Positions 10,076 through 19,645 of a stretch of DNA of 64,000 nucleotides are shown piece after piece. Source of the stretch: a virus. The translations under genes and the position numbers were made by a program. The stretch is from the IMG/VR virus record IMGVR_UViG_3300020045_020105, positions 29,247 to 93,246 of that record. One strand, written 5' to 3'. The notes under the pieces were generated by a model. That model searched no databases, was not told where the DNA came from, and saw nothing but the letters and a program-made list of their open reading frames with translations. The first letter of the stretch is position 1; each line of letters starts with the position of its first letter.

Positions 10076-10690
10076 ATGAGAGTTACAAGTAGTGAAGTTG
10101 AATTAAAAAAATTGGTATATTCCATTATTAATGGGGGAATGGAAGAAATACCAGAAAATCTTGTTTTACTTATTAGTGAAAAAGAAATGGAAATATTGAT
10201 ATCTAATACCCCCCACCCTTCTTCCATCCCTCCAAATATCTCTGAAGGAAAATATAGGGGATTATCTATTCTTAACTATGAGAGACTTAACCACGTCATT
10301 GGACCTGTAGTTATAGAGAGTAGATTTCTAAAAAAAGAACATAATCACCCAAATGATCCTTTTAAAGGATTAATTCCACCACAACAAGAAAAAGGAGAAT
10401 ACGACGAAAAGGGAGCAGCAGTACACTATCAAGATTCATTTATGGAATCAATCTATAAGATCGAATCTATAATGGGAACTTATGGGGCTCTTTGCTTTTG
10501 TGAAGGAAATATTTTAAAGTACAGAGATCGTCTTGGTAAGAAAAAGGGTGAAGATATCCAAAAAGAACTTCTCAAAATATCTTGGTATGAAAACAAGAGT
10601 AAAGAACTTATAGATAAAATGGTTACTGCACAAGAATTATCCAATCCTATTTGGAATGAACAAATTTCAAAAATAAGAAATGGCGAATAG
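10076..10690 (+). CDS. DUF3310-domain protein (T7 gp1.7/SaV-like C-terminal domain)
   Basis: HYQ..MESI...FCEGNILKYRDRLGKK...KEL.KI.WY. Confidence 0.7.
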   Translation: MRVTSSEVELKKLVYSIINGGMEEIPENLVLLISEKEMEILISNTPHPSSIPPNISEGKYRGLSILNYERLNHVIGPVVIESRFLKKEHNHPNDPFKGLIPPQQEKGEYDEKGAAVHYQDSFMESIYKIESIMGTYGALCFCEGNILKYRDRLGKKKGEDIQKELLKISWYENKSKELIDKMVTAQELSNPIWNEQISKIRNGE

Positions 10691-10976
10691 CAGATACTCA
10701 AAAGTTAATTTTATATGTCCAAAATGCCATGTAAAATACCCTGTTTATGTGTGGAGCGACAGAAAAGAAAACCCACTCTGCCCAGAATGTACTACAATCT
10801 ATAAAACTCCAGTACAATTAGAGGAAATTGTTGAGGATAAACCAGAAGTAAATTATCCATCAATTGGTGGTTTCTCCAACTTATCTCTACAAGATAAACA
10901 AAAATCTCTTAAAGCAAGAGCTACGGCTCACTATAAAAAAGAAATTTTACCAGAAATTAAAGACGACAAACTATGA
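10680..10976 (+). CDS. zinc-ribbon (FmdB-like) protein
   Basis: CPKC...CPEC. Confidence 0.6.
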   Translation: MANSRYSKVNFICPKCHVKYPVYVWSDRKENPLCPECTTIYKTPVQLEEIVEDKPEVNYPSIGGFSNLSLQDKQKSLKARATAHYKKEILPEIKDDKL

Positions 10977-11311
10977 TTATTTTATTAATTCTATTAATCC
11001 TTATTACTATGAATGAATTCTGGAACAATATTGCATACTTAACATCTCTAGGATATTTGATCTTCCAAATTGAAGGAGAGTATTTTGTTACAAATCAAGG
11101 CGGTGGAAAATACTCCATTACAAATGAAAGTACTAAAGTTAGAGGGGCAAATATTACTAATCTTTTACTTGAAAATAAAGGACACTGGTTAGAAGGGATT
11201 GGAGATAGTGCAAAAGTAATTCAAGCTATAAATCGAATTCCTATTCGAGATATTAAGTTTAACGGCATTTGGAGATCTATAGAATACTTACCTTACTCAA
11301 TGAGTTCTTGA
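10973..11311 (+). CDS. hypothetical protein
   Basis: ORF track; start may be the internal MNEFW. Confidence 0.6.
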   Translation: MIILLILLILITMNEFWNNIAYLTSLGYLIFQIEGEYFVTNQGGGKYSITNESTKVRGANITNLLLENKGHWLEGIGDSAKVIQAINRIPIRDIKFNGIWRSIEYLPYSMSS

Positions 11312-11364
11312 TTAAATCATAATCATTTATTTTAAATTAACGGAAGAACTCTAATATATAAATA

Positions 11365-11967
11365 ATGAAAGTAGAACCAATTTTAGAAAAATATCAAATT
11401 TGTACAAAATGTGGGGAGAGTAAGCCCCTATCATTAGAATTTTATAATAGTAATAGTAGTTGTGTTGATGGTTTTACTAGACAATGTAAAATTTGTCTAA
11501 ATGAACAACAAATGCTTCGCTACAGAAGACAAAACCCAGATTACTATCTCCATATTGAGGAAAGAGAAAAACTTTCCCTTGAAGGAAAACAAAGGTGTAC
11601 AGGTTGTCTAAAAATCAAGGATTTTAGTGAATTTAACCCAGATATCAAGGCAACAAAGAAAATTGCAACGAGGTGTTTTAAATGTCAAATAAATACCAAA
11701 TACCTCCAATTATATGGAATAACGAGATTAGAATTTATTAAGGTTGTTGAAGAACAAAATTTTATTTGTCCAATTTGTAAGAAAGAAATTAAAATTGGCG
11801 CTTATCAAGAAAAAGGAGATAGATTTGCTGTTTTAGATCATTGCCATAAAACTAAACAAAATAGAGGGGCTTTGTGCAATAAATGTAATGCAGGATTGGG
11901 ATTTTTTGATGATAATTTAGAGATACTTAAATCAGCAACTAATTATCTTAAGAAATGGATAAAATAG
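11365..11967 (+). CDS. endonuclease VII-family (His-Me) nuclease, possibly a homing endonuclease
   Basis: CPIC...DHCH...RGALCNKCNAGLG.FDDN...L..A.NYL, preceded by two CxxC...CxxC zinc-finger units. Confidence 0.85.
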   Translation: MKVEPILEKYQICTKCGESKPLSLEFYNSNSSCVDGFTRQCKICLNEQQMLRYRRQNPDYYLHIEEREKLSLEGKQRCTGCLKIKDFSEFNPDIKATKKIATRCFKCQINTKYLQLYGITRLEFIKVVEEQNFICPICKKEIKIGAYQEKGDRFAVLDHCHKTKQNRGALCNKCNAGLGFFDDNLEILKSATNYLKKWIK

Positions 11968-12443
11968 ATAACTTAAAAAATTCAAAAATAGTTATTTTTA
12001 CTGATGGCTCTTGTAATAGAAAAATAAAATTGGGCGGAATTGGAATTATTCTCTTATATAAAAATGAAAAAATTACTATTTCTAAAGGATTCTCTAATAC
12101 AACTAGTCCAAGAATGGAATTAATTGCTGTAATTGAAGCTCTATCCAATGTAAATATTACTCATCTTCCAATTGAAATTTTTTGTGATAATCAATATAGT
12201 TGTTATATTTGGCAAAAACAATGGTATAGATCCTGGGAAGAACAAGATTTTCTAGGAACAGCAAATAAGGACTTAATTGTGAGGTACTTAGAACAATTTA
12301 GAAGATTTACTAATATAAAAATAAATTGGATAAGAGGACATGGGAGAAATAATGAAGAAGATATTAATATTCTCAACGAAGAAGCAGATCAATTAGCTAA
12401 TTATAAACAATTTACAATGTATCTCGAAGATACAAGAACTTAA
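11955..12443 (+). CDS. rnhA: ribonuclease HI
   Basis: FTDGSC, TTSPRMELIAVIEAL, DNQY, NKDL, WIRGH, NEEADQLA. Confidence 0.92.
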   Translation: MDKIDNLKNSKIVIFTDGSCNRKIKLGGIGIILLYKNEKITISKGFSNTTSPRMELIAVIEALSNVNITHLPIEIFCDNQYSCYIWQKQWYRSWEEQDFLGTANKDLIVRYLEQFRRFTNIKINWIRGHGRNNEEDINILNEEADQLANYKQFTMYLEDTRT

Positions 12444-12453
12444 TAAGAAACAA

Positions 12454-13512
12454 ATGTATATAAATCAAAATAATTATATCTATACAAATAAGGGAATACT
12501 TCAACTAAAAAATGCGCCTGAACAAGGTTTCCTATTAAATAGAGATAAGCAATTTATCCCCTACACTAAACTCTCAAGAGTTGAAGAGAAATCAATAAGC
12601 ATTATCTCCAACATAGACAATGTAAACCTACACCCAACCAATTTTTTATATTTCTTCAATCAAACTCCAGAAACCGAGAAAACTGCTTTAAAAGATGCAA
12701 AAGTACTCGATTATCTATTATCTCCAGTATTTGAATTTGATCCTTTAAGTGCCGATAAGAAACTACCAATTATTTCACACAAATTTGAAAACACGTTTCT
12801 TTATTTACAAGGTGCTTTATTTATGCAGGGATTAATATCAATTAAAGATGATCAGATTTATATTCAACGATCTGAATTAAGAGCTAAAACCATAACTACA
12901 TTAATTCAATTCCTATTAAATACAAAATTGGCTGATTCTAAGATTGAAACTAAAAAGAACTATAAATCTAAAAATTGTTTCGTACTAAAGTTAACCAGAT
13001 TAGGAGTTGAAGTTGTTGTGGATTATTTTATGCAACTTAATCCAAAAATATTTAACCTCAACCTAGAAAAACGCAGACTATTTTTATCTGGAGTACTCGA
13101 TATAATGAATTATCACGAAAGTAAATCTGTAATTTCATTAAGAACTAGAGCAGATCATATTGCAGCAGAATATAAACAAATTCAAATATTATTCAATTCA
13201 ATTGGTGTTAAATTTTATCATGTTCCAAACTTAGAAGGACTTGATTTTAGACTTAAAGAAACACATTTACGTAAATTTAAACATCACTTTATTACTACAA
13301 TTAAATCCTACAACAACTACAACCTATTCAAAGATAAAGCGTTCTTTGAGTTTTATTATACAATGGATGAAAGAATAGTAGATGCTTATGGTTATGATTT
13401 TCACAATTACCTTCCAATCTATTTAAATTCAATTAAAGAAGGTCCAGTTGATGTATTTCATGAGCTTGATATTACTGAACCTATACTAACAAATAACATC
13501 ATACTTAGTTAA
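12454..13512 (+). CDS. free-standing degenerate intein-like (Hint + LAGLIDADG) protein
   Basis: IYTNKGILQLKN (block A-like), YLQGALFMQG and RRLFLSGVLD (LAGLIDADG-like), IQILFNSIGV (block H-like), FHELDITEPILTNNIILS (blocks F/G-like); Cys1 and terminal His-Asn absent. Confidence 0.6.
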   Translation: MYINQNNYIYTNKGILQLKNAPEQGFLLNRDKQFIPYTKLSRVEEKSISIISNIDNVNLHPTNFLYFFNQTPETEKTALKDAKVLDYLLSPVFEFDPLSADKKLPIISHKFENTFLYLQGALFMQGLISIKDDQIYIQRSELRAKTITTLIQFLLNTKLADSKIETKKNYKSKNCFVLKLTRLGVEVVVDYFMQLNPKIFNLNLEKRRLFLSGVLDIMNYHESKSVISLRTRADHIAAEYKQIQILFNSIGVKFYHVPNLEGLDFRLKETHLRKFKHHFITTIKSYNNYNLFKDKAFFEFYYTMDERIVDAYGYDFHNYLPIYLNSIKEGPVDVFHELDITEPILTNNIILS

Positions 13513-13520
13513 AGAAAATT

Positions 13521-13585
13521 TTAACATTCTTTAACATCTTTTAACAAATTTTAACATCTTTTAACAAAAATCCTTCGTACCTTTG
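13521..13585 (+). promoter_or_regulatory. class I promoter: five TTAAC repeats plus TACCTTTG
   Basis: TTAAC at 13521, 13531, 13541, 13551, 13561; -7 box at 13578-13585. Confidence 0.85.
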
Positions 13586-13646
13586 GGAATTAAGATTAAG
13601 TTCTATGATCGAGTCAATTAATAACAACCAAGTAAATAAGATAGTT

Positions 13647-15374
13647 ATGGCAACAATTACACCAAGTGAAAAACAAGTAGCGATTTATAATTTTATCGCC
13701 CAGGGCACAGGAAATGCAGTTATTTCCGCAGTAGCGGGAAGCGGCAAGACCTATACCATTGTATCTTCAATCAAGTATTTGCCAATTAATCATTCAGCTT
13801 TATTTTTAGCTTTCAACAAAGCAATAGTTGAAGAGCTTAAGAGCAGAATACCTTCAAGTGTAACAACTCAGACCTGCCATAGTTTAGGTTGGAATGCAAT
13901 TATTCGCAAATTTGGCCGAGTTAAATTGGATAATTGGAAAACATGGAATGCAATGAAGGCAGTTTCTAAGGCCCAGAATTGGGGTGAAGAGTGCCTTGAG
14001 TACACATATATGAAGAGAGTAGAGCAATTGGTTGGCTTAATCAAAGTTAATTTAGCTGAAACATTTGCAGAAGTATCTGAATTGGCAGAAAAACACGAAG
14101 TTGAAATCTTAAATGGCGAAATTGAAAAAGCACTTGCCATTCTTGAAGTGTGTAATAAAGATACTCGCAATTTTGACTATGCAGATATGCTTTACATTCC
14201 AATTAAAATGAATATCACATTAATTAAATATGATTTCGTTTATATTGATGAGTGCCAGGATTTAAACAAAGCTCAACAACAATTAATGCTTCGTTCTTTA
14301 TCACCAAGAGGCAGATTTATTGCTGTAGGTGATCCTCAACAAGCAATTTATGGTTTTGCCGGTGCTGATGTAAATTCATTCAACAATTTACTTTCAATTC
14401 CAAATACAACTACTTTCCCACTTTCAGTGAATTATCGTTGTGGAAGACAAATTATTAACTTGGCAAAGAAAATAGTACCTCAATTAGAGCATTTTGAAGG
14501 AACAGGCGAAGGATTAGTAGATAGAGATGCTTCTTACAAAACCATTAAAGATGGAGATATGGTACTTTGTAGAAATACAGCTCCACTTGTTAAAATGTGT
14601 CTTCAATTCCTTGCTCAACAACAGAAAGCTTATGTAAAGGGTGGTGATATAGGTATAAATTTAATTAACCTGATCAAGAAACAAAAACAACGTTCTTTGA
14701 GTATGTTAATTAAAGTATCATTACCTAATGAACTTTTAGAAGTAAAATCAAAACTTGCTCAAAAATACCCATATTTACTAGACGAAGACAGAGAAGAATT
14801 ACCTGCTTATCGTATCTTAGTAGATAAAATTCAAGTACTTGAAGCAATCGTTGATAATTGTGACGATATTCTTACTGTGGATAATTTGATCTCTAAAATT
14901 GAGTTCATTTTCTCAGATGGTAAAGCAGGGATTTGTTTCTCAACTATTCACAAAGCAAAGGGCTTAGAAAGTGAAAACGTTCACATTATTGAAGAGTTTT
15001 TAATGCCAAGTAAATATGCTAAGAAAGATTGGCAGAAAGTACAGGAATCTAATTTAGAATATGTTGCTTACACAAGAGCAAAGAAAACATTAAACTTTAT
15101 TAGTGACTGGAGCTTCAAACACACAAGCTTTCTTGATCTTGGGCTGGATTTCAAACGTGAGAGCAGAGTAGCAAAACTTGAGTTCACTTTTATTACAGTA
15201 TCTTCAAGAGATAAATTCTCAATTTCAAAAGGAGATATTGTACGTTTAAAAGGTGGAGAACAAGGAATGATTTCAAGAAATGCTTCTTTAAAGGATATGG
15301 AACTTGTTTATGAAGGTAAAGTAATTAAATTTACAAAAGAAGATATTACAGGTGTAGTTTCAAACGATATTTAA
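13647..15374 (+). CDS. UvrD/Rep superfamily I helicase
   Basis: AVAGSGKT, LAFNK, IDECQD, VGDPQQAIYGFAGA, NYRC, STIHKAKGLE, YVAYTRAK; ATG 13647 follows the conserved start motif. Confidence 0.93.
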   Translation: MATITPSEKQVAIYNFIAQGTGNAVISAVAGSGKTYTIVSSIKYLPINHSALFLAFNKAIVEELKSRIPSSVTTQTCHSLGWNAIIRKFGRVKLDNWKTWNAMKAVSKAQNWGEECLEYTYMKRVEQLVGLIKVNLAETFAEVSELAEKHEVEILNGEIEKALAILEVCNKDTRNFDYADMLYIPIKMNITLIKYDFVYIDECQDLNKAQQQLMLRSLSPRGRFIAVGDPQQAIYGFAGADVNSFNNLLSIPNTTTFPLSVNYRCGRQIINLAKKIVPQLEHFEGTGEGLVDRDASYKTIKDGDMVLCRNTAPLVKMCLQFLAQQQKAYVKGGDIGINLINLIKKQKQRSLSMLIKVSLPNELLEVKSKLAQKYPYLLDEDREELPAYRILVDKIQVLEAIVDNCDDILTVDNLISKIEFIFSDGKAGICFSTIHKAKGLESENVHIIEEFLMPSKYAKKDWQKVQESNLEYVAYTRAKKTLNFISDWSFKHTSFLDLGLDFKRESRVAKLEFTFITVSSRDKFSISKGDIVRLKGGEQGMISRNASLKDMELVYEGKVIKFTKEDITGVVSNDI

Positions 15375-15385
15375 AAAAGATAGTT

Positions 15386-15778
15386 ATGAAAAAACAAATT
15401 AAATTATTAAAATCAAAGTTCTTCAATTGGTTGTTTAAAGATCAAATTTTGGAATTAAAAAAGTTAACAGAAGATACTGCTTTTAGAATAGCTAAATATG
15501 CTGATAATGCAGAAATATCTAAAAATGAGTGTTATAAACAAGAAAAAGTCCTTAGGAATACTGTAGGTAGCATTCAGGTAGCGACAGATATTCACTTAAG
15601 ATCTCCTAGTTGGGCTGTGATTTGTATTCAAGGGAAGAAGGCGGACTTTGTTAAATTTATTGATTTAGATCAAAGATCAATAAATGATATTGCCCAGTAT
15701 CTTCGCAGATTTGAAAGACAAAATGTAGTAGCAGATATGCCTTATTGTGTACCTAAAGATCAATTTTTTAGAATATAA
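15386..15778 (+). CDS. hypothetical protein
   Basis: ORF track. Confidence 0.65.
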   Translation: MKKQIKLLKSKFFNWLFKDQILELKKLTEDTAFRIAKYADNAEISKNECYKQEKVLRNTVGSIQVATDIHLRSPSWAVICIQGKKADFVKFIDLDQRSINDIAQYLRRFERQNVVADMPYCVPKDQFFRI

Positions 15779-15790
15779 ATTTAAACCGTC

Positions 15791-16237
15791 ATGATTGCAG
15801 AAGAAAAACCTATCTTACAATTAAAAGGTACCTTCAATGATGAAGGTATCATCTGGGAAGAGATAAAAGAGTGGAAATCTATTGTTGAAATCAAAGATGC
15901 CCTCTTACTCCCTCACTCTCTAATTAATCAAGCCCTTAAAAAGGGTTATAAAGGAGCAGGATTTTGGTGGATTTATAAGGATAAATACGAAAAAGGAGAA
16001 AGACCGGCAGAAGGTATCCAAGTAAGAAACCAAATTATCTATGCCTATACTCTTGAAGATACTTGCTTAGGTAAATTTGAAAATGCTATTTTAGCAGGTC
16101 GTCATCTTGGGGTATCTGTCTCAAATGTAAGGAAATGTGCAAAAGGAGAAATTCCTAAATTAAGGGAGTTTAAATTTACTCATATTCCAAAACGCAAAGA
16201 AGAATCACAATTGAAATTTACAAAAGTTCTTATTTAA
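15791..16237 (+). CDS. NUMOD1 (IENR1) tandem DNA-binding protein without a nuclease domain
   Basis: IKEWKSIVEI...GAGFWW.Y and LGKFENAILAGRHLGVSVSNVRKCAKG. Confidence 0.7.
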   Translation: MIAEEKPILQLKGTFNDEGIIWEEIKEWKSIVEIKDALLLPHSLINQALKKGYKGAGFWWIYKDKYEKGERPAEGIQVRNQIIYAYTLEDTCLGKFENAILAGRHLGVSVSNVRKCAKGEIPKLREFKFTHIPKRKEESQLKFTKVLI

Positions 16238-16260
16238 TCATAAATTTAAAAATTAAAACC

Positions 16261-16425
16261 ATGTACGAAGATTACAAAATTATCTCAGAAAAATCAACAG
16301 CAGCAGTAACAAAAGCAGTAGTGAAAGCAATGGAAGAATTTTGGGAACCAGTAGGCGGAATTTGTTTCGACGGAGCCAATTATCACCAGGCTATCGCTTT
16401 ACCGGCTGAGGAAGAAGAAGAGTAA
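16261..16425 (+). CDS. DUF1737-like small protein (54 aa, not in ORF track)
   Basis: MYEDYKIISEKSTAAVTKAVVKAMEEFWEPVGGICFDGANYHQAIALPAEEEEE matches the V..A...W.P.GG....YHQA pattern. Confidence 0.65.
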   Translation: MYEDYKIISEKSTAAVTKAVVKAMEEFWEPVGGICFDGANYHQAIALPAEEEEE

Positions 16426-16427
16426 TC

Positions 16428-16874
16428 ATGTCTGAAACTTCTCAGAACTTAAATCAGTACAAGGAGCAATTTGATGCTCTTTGTACTGAAGTTAGGGAAC
16501 TTAAGAAAATATTCCCTAAAGAATACACTATGGGCCAACTTATGAAGAATTATCAACATTCAAAAGGTGGTTTAGCTCAATATGTTTATTATTTAGTTTC
16601 GATTGGATTTGCCAAAAAGGTAGATAAAAATGGAACTTATTTTTACTCATTTGTTCCTAATTTATCTGAAGTAGTTGTCGGGTTAGAGGCAACAATTGAA
16701 GAAATTAAAAAAGCTCTTAGTGATGGTAATATTAAACTAACTCAAATGCAGATTTTAAGATTTGCTATTGAGAAAGAATTAAAGCCATCTATACCGGAAC
16801 CCATTGCAGAAGAATCTAAACCCATTCAACGTAAAAGAAAAAATGCAAAAACAGTTAGTGAAGATAATCAATAA
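16428..16874 (+). CDS. hypothetical protein (possible winged-helix)
   Basis: ORF track; YYLVSIGFAKKV...YFY. Confidence 0.6.
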   Translation: MSETSQNLNQYKEQFDALCTEVRELKKIFPKEYTMGQLMKNYQHSKGGLAQYVYYLVSIGFAKKVDKNGTYFYSFVPNLSEVVVGLEATIEEIKKALSDGNIKLTQMQILRFAIEKELKPSIPEPIAEESKPIQRKRKNAKTVSEDNQ

Positions 16875-17325
16875 ATCACCCTTTCCACTTCCAACTTATG
16901 CTACTGCAATGTCTGCAGGGTTGGATTTGAGAGCAGATCTAACAGTTGACTATTCAATAGAAGAAGGAACTGTCAATAAGTTATCGAGAACAAAGATATG
17001 TTTATCTCCAGGGGCCAGAATAACCTTTCAAACAGGTTTATATGTTGAATTACCTCCTGGAGGAGAATTTCAAATAAGACCAAAATCAGGACAATCAAAA
17101 AGAAAAGGAATTACTTGTTTTTTAGGAACTATTGATTCTGATTATAGAGGAAATATCGCAATTATTTTGCACAACACAAGTTCTTATGATCAGATTATAG
17201 AGCATGGTGAAAAAATCGCTCAAATGGTCTATGCAAAATTTGATCAGGTTAAATGGGAAGAAGTAGAAGTTTTATCAGAAACAGAAAGAGGAGAAGGCGG
17301 ATTCGGACATACAGGAAAATTTTAA
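16843..17325 (+). CDS. dut: trimeric dUTPase
   Basis: SAGLDL, PKSG, GTIDSDYRG, KIAQ, RGEGGFGHTG. Confidence 0.95.
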   Translation: MQKQLVKIINKSPFPLPTYATAMSAGLDLRADLTVDYSIEEGTVNKLSRTKICLSPGARITFQTGLYVELPPGGEFQIRPKSGQSKRKGITCFLGTIDSDYRGNIAIILHNTSSYDQIIEHGEKIAQMVYAKFDQVKWEEVEVLSETERGEGGFGHTGKF

Positions 17326-17326
17326 C

Positions 17327-17349
17327 AAAGGGGAGAGAAATCTCCCTTT
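17327..17349 (+). terminator. intrinsic terminator
   Basis: AAAGGGGAGA-GAAA-TCTCCCTTT followed by a T-rich tract. Confidence 0.7.
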
Positions 17350-17362
17350 AATTTTATTTAAA

Positions 17363-17662
17363 ATGGAACAAATAGCAAAACGATTACCATTTGTCTCTAC
17401 AGCACTTATTTGTGGTGTAGATCTAGCTAATGATGTTGAGGATTCTCAGTCAGTAACTATATTAATTGTTCTAACTGATGAATTTAATAAAAAACAAATA
17501 AAAATAGTAGCAAAAAATGAAGCAGATTTGCTTACTAAGTATGGAATTGAATTTGAGAAAGAGGTTGAGCATAAACGATTATTGTTTGAAAGTAAGCTCA
17601 AATCATATAATATTATATTAAAAAGACTGTTGGAAGATGGAAAAATATTACTCGCTAAGTAA
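17363..17662 (+). CDS. hypothetical protein
   Basis: ORF track. Confidence 0.6.
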   Translation: MEQIAKRLPFVSTALICGVDLANDVEDSQSVTILIVLTDEFNKKQIKIVAKNEADLLTKYGIEFEKEVEHKRLLFESKLKSYNIILKRLLEDGKILLAK

Positions 17663-18047
17663 ACAATCAACTATCCCTTATCAAGCTGGAGTAGGTTGTA
17701 TTTTAACTAAGGAAATAATTGACACCCAAATAGATACCTATTGGGGGGTAATAGATAAGAAAACAGCAAAAAGGGTACGAAATAGGAGAGGGGGATCTAA
17801 AGTTTACTCTGAAATAATGATTATAAGAGTATGGTGCTACTCAGTTTTATTAAAAGGTAATTTAAGAGAAATTGGGGAATTAATAGGAAGGGATCATAGT
17901 AGTATAATTTTTTCAAAGAAAAAGATATATAATTTTTATATATCTGATCCTATTTTCAGAAAGAAATTTTTAGACTTTATTATTTTATTGAGTCCAGAGC
18001 TAGAAGTATTTTTAGATGAACAAAATAGATCAATAGAAATAAAATGA
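17637..18047 (+). CDS. stand-alone DnaA domain IV-like helix-turn-helix protein
   Basis: LREIGELIGRDHSSIIFSKKKI resembles the DnaA signature L..IG..FG.RDHSTV.HA..KI. Confidence 0.7.
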   Translation: MEKYYSLSKQSTIPYQAGVGCILTKEIIDTQIDTYWGVIDKKTAKRVRNRRGGSKVYSEIMIIRVWCYSVLLKGNLREIGELIGRDHSSIIFSKKKIYNFYISDPIFRKKFLDFIILLSPELEVFLDEQNRSIEIK

Positions 18048-18241
18048 TTACAAGATATTTAGTAGATAATAAATCCCAAATTTTCACTGTAATGGTAGAA
18101 AATGGATATGTTATATCTAGTACTTATAGAAAAAAGAAAATTAATTCTCAAATAATAGGGGATACGGAAGAATTCTTCTTGAATTGGCTTGAGGAAGTAG
18201 AATTGGACAAACACTTTACTAAAACAATTGAAGATGAGTAA
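18044..18241 (+). CDS. hypothetical protein
   Basis: ORF track. Confidence 0.55.
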   Translation: MITRYLVDNKSQIFTVMVENGYVISSTYRKKKINSQIIGDTEEFFLNWLEEVELDKHFTKTIEDE

Positions 18242-19280
18242 CAAACTAATTATTCCAGAAAATAACCAGGAAGATATCTCTCCAGAAAAACAAGAGTTTC
18301 TAGCTTTAAAGGTAGAGGTATTTGAATCTGAGGATAGATTTATAAAGACTTCAGATGCAAAAATTACAATAGATTGCATCGACAGTATTTCTAAAATTAA
18401 ATCTCAGGTCACTCACTTAGGGTTTACTGAAAGAGAAAGAGTTATGGAACAAGTTAAGAGCTTTAAGCTCAAGATGGAAAAGTTCCGTAAAATGCGTCAT
18501 CAGTACTTAGATACTTCAATACCAGAAATTTCACGTCAGTGGTTAGATGAGAAATCATCAAAAATAATAGATATGTTTGGGAGATTCTATACTCCAGAAG
18601 ATATTTATAAGGTAATTAGAGTAGATTGGGGTGTAGAAGAAGTCGATCTAGTTTCTCTCCAATGCTTTTATGAACAACATATTGAAACAATTCAGGAATT
18701 AAGAACTCAATACAAAGAAAGTATAGATGATTTAAGACTTACTCATAAAAAGGTAAGGCTTGAAGAGTTAACCAATATGTATGGAGTAAGAAAAGATATT
18801 TATTCTACAACTTCCTCTAAACTTGACGAAAAAGCATTGCTAGATTTATTAGCAGCAATTCGTAAAGAAACAGAAGGAGATGTAATAAATATTAATGGAA
18901 AACTAGATATTACTGCCGAAATTTCTATAAAACATCAACTTCAACAAGAGATACTTAAGGACTTCAATCTATCATTTTTAATTGTAAGTCATGTTGCAGC
19001 TCGATTGGGGATCAATCCTCTGCATATAGTAAATAGATTAGCCAATTCTTACTATGCTAAATTTTCAGGGTTTGCAAGATCAGCAAATATTTTAGAGGAA
19101 GAAATAGTTTATCCGACAAATTTAATTTATGATTTCAACGAAATAGCAAAAAAACAAGAACAATTTGCAATTGAGGACGTAATAAGTCAAGAACCACACA
19201 ATCTTCCTTTTACAGAAGCTCAAGAAATACTATCAATTAAACAGCAACTACTTGCTAAAATAAGCGCAATGAAACGATGA
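18234..19280 (+). CDS. hypothetical protein, DUF2280-like (possible terminase small subunit)
   Basis: LRLTHKKVRLEEL...LLAAIRKETEG resembles DUF2280. Confidence 0.4.
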   Translation: MSNKLIIPENNQEDISPEKQEFLALKVEVFESEDRFIKTSDAKITIDCIDSISKIKSQVTHLGFTERERVMEQVKSFKLKMEKFRKMRHQYLDTSIPEISRQWLDEKSSKIIDMFGRFYTPEDIYKVIRVDWGVEEVDLVSLQCFYEQHIETIQELRTQYKESIDDLRLTHKKVRLEELTNMYGVRKDIYSTTSSKLDEKALLDLLAAIRKETEGDVININGKLDITAEISIKHQLQQEILKDFNLSFLIVSHVAARLGINPLHIVNRLANSYYAKFSGFARSANILEEEIVYPTNLIYDFNEIAKKQEQFAIEDVISQEPHNLPFTEAQEILSIKQQLLAKISAMKR

Positions 19281-19522
19281 AAAGTACAAAAACACTTAGA
19301 GATTTAACACTTGAACAGTTAAAAGAAGAGATAACTATAGTTCAAGATAAAAATTCAATTAGTTTAACTGATAAATTCAATACAAAAGTAACTATAACAT
19401 TCCCAACAAGTCTTGAAAATATTTTACAGACTATAATTAAAGATGAAATTTGTTTATCAATAATTAAACGTAGATTATTTACTACTACTGAATTTCAAAC
19501 TAAGCATAGGCTTAGTTATTAA
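19277..19522 (+). CDS. hypothetical protein
   Basis: ORF track. Confidence 0.55.
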   Translation: MKSTKTLRDLTLEQLKEEITIVQDKNSISLTDKFNTKVTITFPTSLENILQTIIKDEICLSIIKRRLFTTTEFQTKHRLSY

Positions 19523-19525
19523 ACT

Positions 19526-19600
19526 TTAACATCCTTTAACATCTTTTAACATCTTTTAACAAATTTTAACATCTTTTAACAAAAATCCTTCGTACCTTCG
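19526..19600 (+). promoter_or_regulatory. class I promoter: six TTAAC repeats plus TACCTTCG
   Basis: TTAAC every 10 bp from 19526 to 19576; -7-like box at 19593-19600. Confidence 0.85.
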
Positions 19601-19645
19601 GATATTATTAAGGATTTAGAATATTTAACCATTAAATTAGATTGT

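Noticed and set aside
13521-13570. TTAAC arrays as CRISPR repeats or replication iterons
   Set aside because: 10-bp tandem units without spacers and no cas genes; four dispersed copies are each tied to a -7 box, which fits promoters better
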